Virus record (IMG/VR): IMGVR_UViG_3300022894_000002
Location: 1 to 36,489 of that record
DNA from: a virus
Taxonomy: Duplodnaviria; Heunggongvirae; Uroviricota; Caudoviricetes; Crassvirales
Length of the DNA: 36,489 nt
Strand: one strand, 5' to 3'
Shown in pieces: positions 27,101 through 34,472 of the stretch; position 1 is the stretch's first letter; each line of letters opens with the position of its first letter. The translations under genes and the position numbers were made by a program. Under the pieces are notes generated by a model, which had not been told where the DNA came from, made no database searches, and was given only the letters and a program-made list of their open reading frames with translations.

Positions 27101-28864
27101 ATACATATACAACTTACCAAAAGCATAGTTTGATAAAACACAATAAGAAGCTCCAAACTCATTAAAGTCTGGCATCTTAATATCACCTATCCAGTTAACA
27201 TAAGAAGCTTGACCTTTCTTGTTATAGAAAGTTATACCAAATCTATATACTTCACCTCTTTGCCAAGATACTTGACAACTAGCTTTATAAGGAGATTTAA
27301 ATGAACTAAAACTTCCATTATTATTATTTATATGAGTAGGAACAGATTGTAATAAATTACTTGTATCTACTTCAGTTTTAATAAAAGGAGGTTTATTACT
27401 TTGTGAATTACTATTAGTATCTACTACTAATTGAGTAGTACCAAAAGTATATTGTATATTTGGACCAGACCCTCCAGGGGTTAATCCATCAGCTTGATAT
27501 TTATATTGTTGGCTATTATACCAATCTTCAGGTGTACCACTTGGATTTAATCCAAAGATAGTACCACTATCATCATTATAAGGATTGATAACATCTAATA
27601 AAGTATTAACCGGATAATTACTCTCAGTAAATGTATTAGTAGTATTATCTAATTCATAAGTAGTAGCAGATCCTTCTTGATTAAATCTATAAGCCCTATA
27701 ATCTACATTTACTTTAAATTCAGTATTAGTAGTATTCGCAGTATATAAAGTGTTCTCTTTTATTTCAATAGTCTTAACTTTTTCAAAAGGAGAATATAAT
27801 ATATTAAAATCATCAAGATTTAATATAAAAGTATCATCATAAAGTTGTGTTAAACTATCTGTAAGATTCTCATATAGAGAAATTTCTTTGTAAGGAAATA
27901 CATATATTTCAGGTATATCAGGTTCACTATAATAAATTAAAGCATATTGAATCATTTGATAGTCATTATCTAACTTATCAATATAAAACTCAATACCTTT
28001 TTGCGAACTTTTTAATTCTTTAGTATCTACAGTAGCTTCTTTATCTGTTGAAAATTCAATAGTGTTACTTCTAGGATAATCTAATTCTGAGTTAAATTCA
28101 TCTCCTTCTATAACATCTATTAGATTACTACAAGTACTAAATCTTGTTAATACTCCAGCTTTACTTAATAACCTATAAGCTATTTGATATTTACCTTCAG
28201 GAAGATCTCCTGTAGTTAATTTTGCAATAACTGGTGTATCTAAATTAGCTTCTGATACAATATCTAAACTTCTAACAGGTGTTTCTATAACTGTTGTTAA
28301 AGGCCCAACTGTATTAATAGTTCTTAAAGGATTTCTATTATCAGCCCAATATAATCTTGAAAAGTTCTGATTTTCAAAATGACCTAATATCTTAGGTCTA
28401 AAGTTTAAATCAAAATTTAAGAATCTATTATACATTAAATGTCCTATAACTGTAAGTTGTGTACCTCCAGTTGCTCCAGATATATCATCATTTAAAAGAA
28501 AACTAAATCTCCAAATTTGACCATATCCTTTATCATTAGTATCTCCTACTGTATTACTAGTAGTAAATATAAAACATTGACCATTAACTTCTATTCCTCC
28601 AATAGGTATAAAATTTTCTTGCTCTGAAACAGTGATTGGATATTCTCCAGTAGTTTCATAAGTAGTTTGTGGTATAGTAGTAGGAAATATAACTTGTAAC
28701 TTAGTACCTTTCTTATTCTGAATAACAGCTGTACTTAATCCAGTATCAGTTAGAAGAGTAATATTTAAAGCACTTATATAATTACCTTTTTTATATACAG
28801 TTTTAGCTAAATCTTGATTTATACCAAGCTCAAATGTATTAATAGTTTTTTCTTCAATAGCCAT
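24152..28864 (-). CDS. Tail stabilisation / muzzle protein (crAss-like), 1570 aa
   Basis: N-terminal NTFELGINQDL...YISALNI, central WQRGEVYRFGITFYNKKGQ.S.V.WIGDIKMP, C-terminal SWRDFQ..DY.DV.GTQG.I..L and KPRLRD.YL. Position follows the tail-tubular gene. Confidence 0.8.
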   Translation of the reverse strand: MAIEEKTINTFELGINQDLAKTVYKKGNYISALNITLLTDTGLSTAVIQNKKGTKLQVIFPTTIPQTTYETTGEYPITVSEQENFIPIGGIEVNGQCFIFTTSNTVGDTNDKGYGQIWRFSFLLNDDISGATGGTQLTVIGHLMYNRFLNFDLNFRPKILGHFENQNFSRLYWADNRNPLRTINTVGPLTTVIETPVRSLDIVSEANLDTPVIAKLTTGDLPEGKYQIAYRLLSKAGVLTRFSTCSNLIDVIEGDEFNSELDYPRSNTIEFSTDKEATVDTKELKSSQKGIEFYIDKLDNDYQMIQYALIYYSEPDIPEIYVFPYKEISLYENLTDSLTQLYDDTFILNLDDFNILYSPFEKVKTIEIKENTLYTANTTNTEFKVNVDYRAYRFNQEGSATTYELDNTTNTFTESNYPVNTLLDVINPYNDDSGTIFGLNPSGTPEDWYNSQQYKYQADGLTPGGSGPNIQYTFGTTQLVVDTNSNSQSNKPPFIKTEVDTSNLLQSVPTHINNNNGSFSSFKSPYKASCQVSWQRGEVYRFGITFYNKKGQASYVNWIGDIKMPDFNEFGASYCVLSNYAFGKLYMYSTNVEFEVNVPQYLAEDISGFRIVYVERKAKDKTRFGTGVTGGFEQFFKEQVPGFGKDEAIALIAGTATSLLKRVLDNLVGGTGFDPFNIKENVVDKICIAFSKFISDKLTSSDSNLDRLTNPDHLADMVDSILEGVTNQKQGILSAIPGFSTATNLIKLFGPRVIELTRNLLKEKLADIFAKKVAGLHKNVLSLGKGFAYSNINSPQGSGNIGYTISPIIDFDTYKYRTGDFLRPIQGFNNNSKLVNEVHRDTTVGIYNPIDSSAYIRKWYQGNEFTWDKVADKASRRISIKNQKVLKPAELLGTGFDSILTYAPNSEELDFIISNSYINKLPSTNSSGSITNKATFEADALVTLGEAGLVFNPIILGLYLAKFSKGERALGIGDKKHIFVTDIELGGNGLTNYSDYTIEDAESNKFNLEANDAADTIRPIDYGGDFTVSYNRPNSKNQYNGIGYSSRANNEYIPASEFYSLITRVGDQSYSIKANLGDTYLGAYGAVNYCYYYDQINPEGYQKALRTKKGLYEIFPCEADFNFTLREGQHVINNLSPDELEETSEFKLEEKKRPVRKFLRNLKEKITKIKLEPAKDVLRTKRFLLSDFQFNEVFNQRYNINKYFPESLLYNSEVDQYTNRIWHSKKKIDGEVVDSWRDFQFVDYIDVEGTQGQIIDLVVNKNKLFFYQSNGIGIAATNERGAVNSEDGGVVLSNGKLLSRYDYITKETGATHQFAIINTNQAIYHYDGNLKKLFKLGEGLECISDNLGLFSKLQQTTNLMNKLDQTLNRVGVQGVYDTEYQTVYFTFSDSEANFTLGYNEKMQCFESYYSFIPRLYFRLNYKVFGSENKDCYWHNKGNYGELYGEIYPSSVTFLTNENPLSTKVWDNQQFQTELYDDSTLLNLETIDQIRHRTENQDTGLINLIPQTNIIKKERDWKVAIQRDVNNSTYSTLSKPRLRDMYLQTDIVYNNLDGYRLIIHPIITFYRQSIH

Positions 28865-29757
28865 TATAATAAATAATTATCTCTATTATTAAACCTGTTA
28901 CCAAAGGGCATCTGAGAAGCCTCTCCTAATCTTTCAAAGAAAGAAGCATGTCTATTTATTTTAGGAAGTAATTGTAAAGTTTGATTTTTCCAACTTTCTA
29001 ATTGGTCAATTGAAGGTTGATGTCCATGTTCATTAGCTTTACCCATATACCAAGAACATTGTTGTATAGAGTAATCATGAACAGCTTTAGTAATTTTATC
29101 TTTTCTTAACATTTTATAATCTAATTTTTCAATGATATACCATTGAACTGCAAGTTTATAAGCAATATCATCTGGAATCATTGGATAACCACAATCATCA
29201 ATTGGATAAGCTTTATAAGCAGCTAATATTTTACAATTAGAACTATCAAAATTTGTAATTATGTAATTATCATTTATTTTATAAGTAGCATCTATTGGAA
29301 ATGCTGATGTACCTCCTATATATAAATTTTTATTAAAAGCTACATTATAAGCATTACTAAAATTTATAACTGGATTACCATCAGCATCATAAGAAATAGG
29401 TACTTCAAAATTAGCATAAGAATTATTAACAGTACAATTACAATCTCCAGTACATTTACATGCTTTAAATATAGGATGAAAAGTTCCAGTAGATTCTCTC
29501 ATTGGAAATTGACCAGCTGGAGTTAAACCTGCTATTTGAACTCTTTGTTTCCAATCAGTAGGTAATTTATATTTACCTTTATGTCCAGTTAAACAAGTTA
29601 CTTTATCAATATATTGTCCAGGAACTCCTATTAAATCTAAAGCTTCAGCAGCCCATTGTATTAAATCATCTTCTATAAAATCAGATTGTTCATAACCTCC
29701 ATCTCTAATTACATTACCTATTACTTGAAAAACTGATACATATTTATCTACAAACAT
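28864..29757 (-). CDS. Tail tubular / ring protein (crAss-like), 297 aa
   Basis: N-terminal YVSVFQVIGNVIRD...DLIQWAAEAL, then YKINDNYIITNF, AYKAYPIDDCGYPMIPDD and WYMGKA. Directly upstream of the muzzle gene. Confidence 0.75.
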   Translation of the reverse strand: MFVDKYVSVFQVIGNVIRDGGYEQSDFIEDDLIQWAAEALDLIGVPGQYIDKVTCLTGHKGKYKLPTDWKQRVQIAGLTPAGQFPMRESTGTFHPIFKACKCTGDCNCTVNNSYANFEVPISYDADGNPVINFSNAYNVAFNKNLYIGGTSAFPIDATYKINDNYIITNFDSSNCKILAAYKAYPIDDCGYPMIPDDIAYKLAVQWYIIEKLDYKMLRKDKITKAVHDYSIQQCSWYMGKANEHGHQPSIDQLESWKNQTLQLLPKINRHASFFERLGEASQMPFGNRFNNRDNYLL

Positions 29758-30287
29758 TATTCATAAAATTTTAGGTTTATACCTTTTTTTATACATTCAT
29801 TAATAAATCTTTTATTAGTTCTACAAGGTATAAACTGATAAAAAGATTTACATGGTGTATTACTTTTTTTCTTTGACCAATGACATCTAAATTCATAACC
29901 GTCTGAATGTTTATTTTCATAAAAAACTAATTTTTTTAATTTTCTGGCTTCTGGATTTCTTAACCAAAGTTCTTTTGTTCTTTTATAATCAGTAGCTAAT
30001 TTACTTATTAATTTGTTATTAGCATCAATTTTATAGTTTCTTTTAAACTGTTTAATTCTTAATGTACCTAATCTACAAGGTAAATTAAATTCATGGCTAT
30101 TTAATACAATTTCTTTTTGATAAATAATTTCATTAAAATCTTTAAGTATTGATGTAAATAATTTTCTTTTAACATCATATTTAGAACCTTTTTCAATTAA
30201 TGATTGGTAATAAGTATATAAATCTATAGACTTAAAATCAGCTTTAATTTTACTTAATCCTCTTTTTGGTATATTTAAATCATCCAT
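29757..30287 (-). CDS. IHF/HU-like protein of the crAss-like structural module, 176 aa
   Basis: FNLPCRLGTLRIK (IHF-like FG.F.V strand), basic composition, TKELW...FYENKHSDGYEFRCHWSK; conserved position between the ring genes. Confidence 0.65.
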   Translation of the reverse strand: MDDLNIPKRGLSKIKADFKSIDLYTYYQSLIEKGSKYDVKRKLFTSILKDFNEIIYQKEIVLNSHEFNLPCRLGTLRIKQFKRNYKIDANNKLISKLATDYKRTKELWLRNPEARKLKKLVFYENKHSDGYEFRCHWSKKKSNTPCKSFYQFIPCRTNKRFINECIKKGINLKFYE

Positions 30288-30988
30288 TAATTAGCTTTAT
30301 TAGTTTGTACAGGATTATCTCTACCATCATTAGATGAATCATTAAATTGACTTTTTGGCATAAATTTATCAATTACCATTTGAGTAATAGCTGGAATCAT
30401 AGAATATTTGACAGGAAATGCCATATTGTCAGTATAACACTTTTCTCCATTAGAACAATCAGTAAACTCTGCCACATCTTCAGGATTTTCAAAAATTCCT
30501 TGAATGTTAACCTTTTTTAATCTGGTAATATCTTTACCTATGAAGTATAAATATCCATTATGTAAAAAGCATGAAACTTTATTACTTGTAAATGTATTAT
30601 ATCCTAAATAAGGAATTCTACTATATGGAACTATACTAAAAGGTTTTAATATTATTCCAACTGGTCCAACTCTTGTTAATAGCTTATTATAATTACTTTC
30701 AACTACAGAAGGTATTTTATCTACAGTTCTTAATATTTTTTCTCCTGTAGTTATACAGTCACATTCAGAACTATCTACAAGTTTAACATCAACACATTTT
30801 AGTGTTTGAATTGTTGAACTATCTGGAGTATAATTCTTGTTAAATTCTTGTTTTATTAATAAAGATCTTATTCCTAAGATATTAAACTTTATTTGAGCCA
30901 AAGAAATAGGCTCTTGAATTGTAGTCTTGGTTTTGACTAAATTCAATATATTGTATGAAAGCTGATTTAAGGTAGGTGTTAATTCCAT
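30287..30988 (-). CDS. Putative ring/tail-adaptor structural protein (crAss-like), 233 aa
   Basis: TLNQLSYNILN...IKF.I...RSLLIKQ...LRTVDKIP...NGYLYF...VNIQGIFENPEDV...FPV; position upstream of the IHF-like gene. Confidence 0.65.
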   Translation of the reverse strand: MELTPTLNQLSYNILNLVKTKTTIQEPISLAQIKFNILGIRSLLIKQEFNKNYTPDSSTIQTLKCVDVKLVDSSECDCITTGEKILRTVDKIPSVVESNYNKLLTRVGPVGIILKPFSIVPYSRIPYLGYNTFTSNKVSCFLHNGYLYFIGKDITRLKKVNIQGIFENPEDVAEFTDCSNGEKCYTDNMAFPVKYSMIPAITQMVIDKFMPKSQFNDSSNDGRDNPVQTNKAN

Positions 30989-31004
30989 TATATTTTATAA
31001 TAAA

Positions 31005-31036
31005 CAAAGATAGATCAATTATTTGAATTAACCAAG
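31005..31036 (-). promoter_or_regulatory. Bacteroidota sigma-A-type promoter driving the ring/muzzle/cargo/vRNAP operon
   Basis: On the minus strand: CTTG (31036-31033), 20-nt spacer, TATCTTTG (31012-31005), 16 nt before the ATG at 30988, in the only sizeable intergenic gap of the block. Confidence 0.65.
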
Positions 31037-31062
31037 TATTTATAAAAATATAATTGGTTTTA

Positions 31063-31662
31063 TTAGAACTTCTTTATTAAAGTAAGTTCTGCTTTTTTTG
31101 AAGGTATCTGATATCTAATATCAATATTAAACTTTTTAAAAGATAGTCCTACCACTGGAGCAACTCCAAATACAATTGTACCATCTGTAGGTAAACTTAA
31201 ACTACCTCCAAAATAAGGTTGTAATTTAGGTGTTTTATCTATTGTATTAGTAACTTTTATAGAGTCAATAATATGTAATTTTTTTTGATGAATAGTATAC
31301 TTAGAATGACTTCCAATAATATTATTCTTAAATAAAGTATCTACTCTAAAATAAGTAAGATTAGAATCTTCTTCTAAAGAAGTTATAGTTTTTTTAGTAT
31401 TATAATCTTTTAAAAAAGCTAATGTATCAAAAGGTTTATTTTCTGGTAAATAAGTATTATTAATTACTGTATAATCTTTCTTATCTAATTTAGATTCTCC
31501 TTCAATTTCTGATTTAATAATTATAGTATCTCTTGTATGTGAAATAGTTTGTTTTATATCATCTTTAGTAAATACTCTATACAATCCTATTGTATTTAAT
31601 AATAATAAAATTGCTCCTATTATTATTGATATTTTAGTTATTAAAGTTTTGTTGTCTTTCAT
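31063..31662 (-). CDS. Putative spanin-like membrane protein, 199 aa
   Basis: N-terminal TM (ISIIIGAILLLLNTIGLY), DT-rich periplasmic linker and C-terminal amphipathic beta-strands ending in Phe. Last gene of the lysis cassette. Confidence 0.5.
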   Translation of the reverse strand: MKDNKTLITKISIIIGAILLLLNTIGLYRVFTKDDIKQTISHTRDTIIIKSEIEGESKLDKKDYTVINNTYLPENKPFDTLAFLKDYNTKKTITSLEEDSNLTYFRVDTLFKNNIIGSHSKYTIHQKKLHIIDSIKVTNTIDKTPKLQPYFGGSLSLPTDGTIVFGVAPVVGLSFKKFNIDIRYQIPSKKAELTLIKKF

Positions 31663-31846
31663 CTTTGTTTTTAAATATAGAAAAGTAACCTCCAGCTGCT
31701 ATAATAGCTGATAATAGTAATTTCATTATAGTACCACTTGATAAAACAAAATTATCCCAATCTATGTTTATCCAGGCATTTGCTATAGCAACTATAAATC
31801 CAAGAAATGTTGCAAATAATGATCTTTGTTTTTTACTTAATTTCAT
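31634..31846 (-). CDS. Putative class II holin (2 TM), 70 aa
   Basis: Basic N-terminus, two hydrophobic helices and a charged C-terminus; ATGA overlap with the endolysin. Confidence 0.55.
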   Translation of the reverse strand: MKLSKKQRSLFATFLGFIVAIANAWINIDWDNFVLSSGTIMKLLLSAIIAAGGYFSIFKNKDERQQNFNN

Positions 31847-32346
31847 ATTGAAATATATTTGGCTCCAATAGGTTTATTTATTTCTAATTTTTGACAATCT
31901 TTAATTGATAATTTAAATGTTTTTTGAAAATGTGGAGTATCTGTTTTAGGTTTATTCCAATTACCTCCCCATTCCCAACCATATTTTAAAAATACTTCAA
32001 CTATTTCTCTCCAATCAGATTGATGATCTCCATCAAAATCTTTTATAGTATCCCAAGAAGCCTCTTTAATTCCATTACCATCTAAATCTACTAAAAGACA
32101 TACGTCTATTGCAAAACCATAATTATGGTAAGATTCTCCTCCTTTAGCCCAAGTAACTACTTTACCAGGTTTAGATCTTCCAATAGCATATAAATCATCT
32201 TGTTCTTTGTTGGTTCTTAAAGTATGTGTAAACCTACATTGAGCTGCTCCAGATAATCTATTACATATTTCAGTATATATTTCTAAAGCCTCTTCTTGTA
32301 CTTTAGGATGTAATAATTTAATTCTTTCTAAAGTTATTTTATCCAT
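31843..32346 (-). CDS. Endolysin, peptidase M15 family (L-Ala-D-Glu endopeptidase type)
   Basis: LRTNKEQDDLYAIGRS.PGKVVTWAKGGESYHNYGFAIDV...WGGNW...DTPHFQ, with the Zn ligands H, D and H present. No signal peptide. Confidence 0.92.
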   Translation of the reverse strand: MDKITLERIKLLHPKVQEEALEIYTEICNRLSGAAQCRFTHTLRTNKEQDDLYAIGRSKPGKVVTWAKGGESYHNYGFAIDVCLLVDLDGNGIKEASWDTIKDFDGDHQSDWREIVEVFLKYGWEWGGNWNKPKTDTPHFQKTFKLSIKDCQKLEINKPIGAKYISI

Positions 32347-32648
32347 TATTTTTTCTTTTTAAGTTTATTTTTAAAGAATTTTACTATATCTATACCTATT
32401 TTTAGTAAAGTTACAGTTCCTAAAGTTATTCCTACAAACTTACTTATCAAACCTAATAAACTAGAGCAAGCAGTAAATAATTCATTATGAACCAGATTAA
32501 TTAATCCTTCACCAAAACTAAAATTAGCTGAAATAGCTAATATAGATACTAAAGATTTTACATAGATGCTGGTATTCTCTAATCCAAATACTCTTAATGT
32601 TGCCTCAACAGCATCTTCTAAGTTTTCCATAAAATTGTGTTGTGTCAT
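32346..32648 (-). CDS. Holin-like membrane protein, 100 aa
   Basis: Two to three hydrophobic segments and a strongly basic tail (KFFKNKLKKKK); TAATG-coupled to the endolysin. Confidence 0.5.
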   Translation of the reverse strand: MTQHNFMENLEDAVEATLRVFGLENTSIYVKSLVSILAISANFSFGEGLINLVHNELFTACSSLLGLISKFVGITLGTVTLLKIGIDIVKFFKNKLKKKK

Positions 32649-33130
32649 TTTAATAAAATTGTTAATGTTAAGCTGATTATACTTATAATTGCAAAGATAA
32701 CTCTTTTTTTATAAGTATCAAATAATTTATTAGTTAATTTTTTATTTTTTTCTGTATTACCATCTGATATTAAATCTGTTGACTTATATGTTTGTTTATA
32801 AGTATCTTTATTTAATTTATTTCTAGTATAAAAATAAGCCCCTAAATGAAATAAAGGACTTATTGTTGATAAACTTATACCTAGAAATAATACTGCTAAA
32901 GGATTAATCTTAAAACAAGCTATAAGTAATATAAATATTAAAGTAGCTAATAAAGGTATTATAGTTATTTTATGTAATAATTTGCCTTCTTTATTCATTT
33001 TTTCTAAAGAGTCTTTTTTACCTAACCAATATTTTAACCAGTAATAATATAAATATCCCTCTATTTTACCTTTAAATAAAGATAATATTGAAACTAATAA
33101 AAAGCTAGTTAATATAAATACTATTTCCAT
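32645..33130 (-). CDS. Multi-pass membrane protein of unknown function, 161 aa
   Basis: About four hydrophobic segments (N-terminus, IIPLLATLIFILLIACF, LAVLFLGISLSTISPLF, VIFAIISIISLTLTILL). Confidence 0.7.
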   Translation of the reverse strand: MEIVFILTSFLLVSILSLFKGKIEGYLYYYWLKYWLGKKDSLEKMNKEGKLLHKITIIPLLATLIFILLIACFKINPLAVLFLGISLSTISPLFHLGAYFYTRNKLNKDTYKQTYKSTDLISDGNTEKNKKLTNKLFDTYKKRVIFAIISIISLTLTILLK

Positions 33131-33159
33131 TGTGAGTACATTTTATTGTGTTTCTAATA

Positions 33160-33393
33160 TTATGATTCTTCATCTCTGCTGTTGTCTGGCAACTCATTAG
33201 AGTTGTTAGAGCTATAGTTAAATATATTAATAAGAGCAATAATACCAAGTGCTTTAATTCCAATTTTCTTAAAAGTTTCATATACTGATTTTTCTGTATA
33301 AAGTTTACCTAACCATATTGCAATTATTACTGTTATTATTATAAGACCAGCAGCTATAAATTCATTAACTACTACCTTATTTGAGTTTATCAT
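33160..33393 (-). CDS. Small membrane protein, 77 aa (start reassigned to ATG 33393)
   Basis: ATG 33393 forms a TAATG overlap with the stop of the 61-aa gene. Two hydrophobic segments and a polar tail. Confidence 0.65.
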   Translation of the reverse strand: MINSNKVVVNEFIAAGLIIITVIIAIWLGKLYTEKSVYETFKKIGIKALGIIALINIFNYSSNNSNELPDNSRDEES

Positions 33394-33578
33394 TATTTGA
33401 ATCCTTTTCTTAAAAATACATAAGAAGCTCCTCCTGCTATTAATGGTATTGCATAACCAATTAAAAAAGGCCACTCAAATCCATTAATTCTATTATATTC
33501 AGCTAGTACTCCTATAAAGAATCCAGCTAAAGCTATTCTTACTACTGCACCATTTGATGTTTGATTTATTTTTTTCAT
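33393..33578 (-). CDS. Small 2-TM membrane protein, 61 aa
   Basis: AVVRIALAGFFIGVLAEY and WPFLIGYAIPLIAGGASYVFL, with a basic C-terminus. Confidence 0.7.
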   Translation of the reverse strand: MKKINQTSNGAVVRIALAGFFIGVLAEYNRINGFEWPFLIGYAIPLIAGGASYVFLRKGFK

Positions 33579-33582
33579 AGTT

Positions 33583-33807
33583 TTAATTATTTATTAGATT
33601 AATATAATCTTCTATTTCTTGTAATCTTTGAGCATCTACTTCATAACCTGTTTGAGAATTATGACTAATACTTAAAATATCTTTAGAAAAATCAGGAGTG
33701 AATCCATCTAAAGGATGAAGACCCATTGTTATAATAACAGAATAGGTTTCTTCATCAATTATTGTTTCTTTAGAGTAATTTGTTGTTACTAATTCATATT
33801 TTTCCAT
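33583..33807 (-). CDS. Hypothetical acidic 74-aa protein (possibly fibre-associated)
   Basis: Tightly packed ORF downstream of the fibre-like genes; no motif recognised. Confidence 0.65.
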   Translation of the reverse strand: MEKYELVTTNYSKETIIDEETYSVIITMGLHPLDGFTPDFSKDILSISHNSQTGYEVDAQRLQEIEDYINLINN

Positions 33808-33809
33808 TT

Positions 33810-34445
33810 TTATTTTTCAAATACAACTACATCAATTGGTAAACTAGCAATATTACTTGTAGTTGTGATTAAACTAATAATTCCTAAAAGATTATTTGTA
33901 TTAAAAGAGTAAGCATTAACTGTAAATCCTGTTGTAGTTACTGAACTAATTCTTACATATTGATTGGTAGCTGATTGTCCAGGAATACTAGCTTGTATAT
34001 TAGGAGCTACAGTAAAAGCTACTGGAAACGTAACTGTATAAACTCCACTACCATTAGTTGTTCCTGAATATGGTTCTATTCTTTTGATTGTAGGTATAGT
34101 AGGTTTGTTACTTAAATCATTATAACTACCAGACGTAGCTACAGTAGCTAAGCTTGGTTTTCCTGATAAATCAGTATAATTACCTGTTGTAGCAACTGTT
34201 GCTAACGATGGTTTATTTAATATTTTTGTTTTACCTGTACTAGCATTCCAATCAGGATTTTTTAAAATACTATCTACTACAGCTACTCTAAATTTAGTAT
34301 CTCCTCCAGTGTAATCTATATAAGTTACATTTGTTGGTACATCAGTTGTTGGTGTTGATTGTGCAACAAGAATTCTACTTGCTGTTTGTGAATAGGATAA
34401 TAACCCTGTTAATAAAAATACTAGTGTGATAATTGTTTTCTTCAT
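33810..34445 (-). CDS. Fibre-like protein with N-terminal Sec signal peptide, 211 aa
   Basis: MKKTIITLVFLLTGLLSYS|Q signal peptide; tail-fibre shaft repeats KPSLATVAT(T/S)G(N/S)Y(T/N)DLS; C-terminal beta domain (VTFPVAFTVAP...SVTTTGFTV) like fibre tip domains. Confidence 0.7.
   Translation of the reverse strand: MKKTIITLVFLLTGLLSYSQTASRILVAQSTPTTDVPTNVTYIDYTGGDTKFRVAVVDSILKNPDWNASTGKTKILNKPSLATVATTGNYTDLSGKPSLATVATSGSYNDLSNKPTIPTIKRIEPYSGTTNGSGVYTVTFPVAFTVAPNIQASIPGQSATNQYVRISSVTTTGFTVNAYSFNTNNLLGIISLITTTSNIASLPIDVVVFEK
34098..34214 (-). repeat. Two tandem 18-aa (54-nt) fibre-shaft repeats plus a partial third
   Basis: KPSLATVATTGNYTDLSG (34214-34161), KPSLATVATSGSYNDLSN (34160-34107), then KPT. 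Codons are diverged, so the repeat is conserved mainly at protein level. Confidence 0.85.
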
Positions 34446-34472
34446 TGTTTAATTTAAATTTATTGTGTGTTA

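Noticed and set aside
31030-31059. AACCAA...TTGGTT inverted repeat as a lysis-cassette terminator
   Set aside because: Stem is short and AT-rich with an irregular interior and overlaps the promoter -33 box; too weak to call.
33394-33474. 27-aa N-terminal extension of the 104-aa ORF
   Set aside because: It overlaps the 61-aa gene by 82 nt, whereas ATG 33393 gives the TAATG coupling used throughout the operon.
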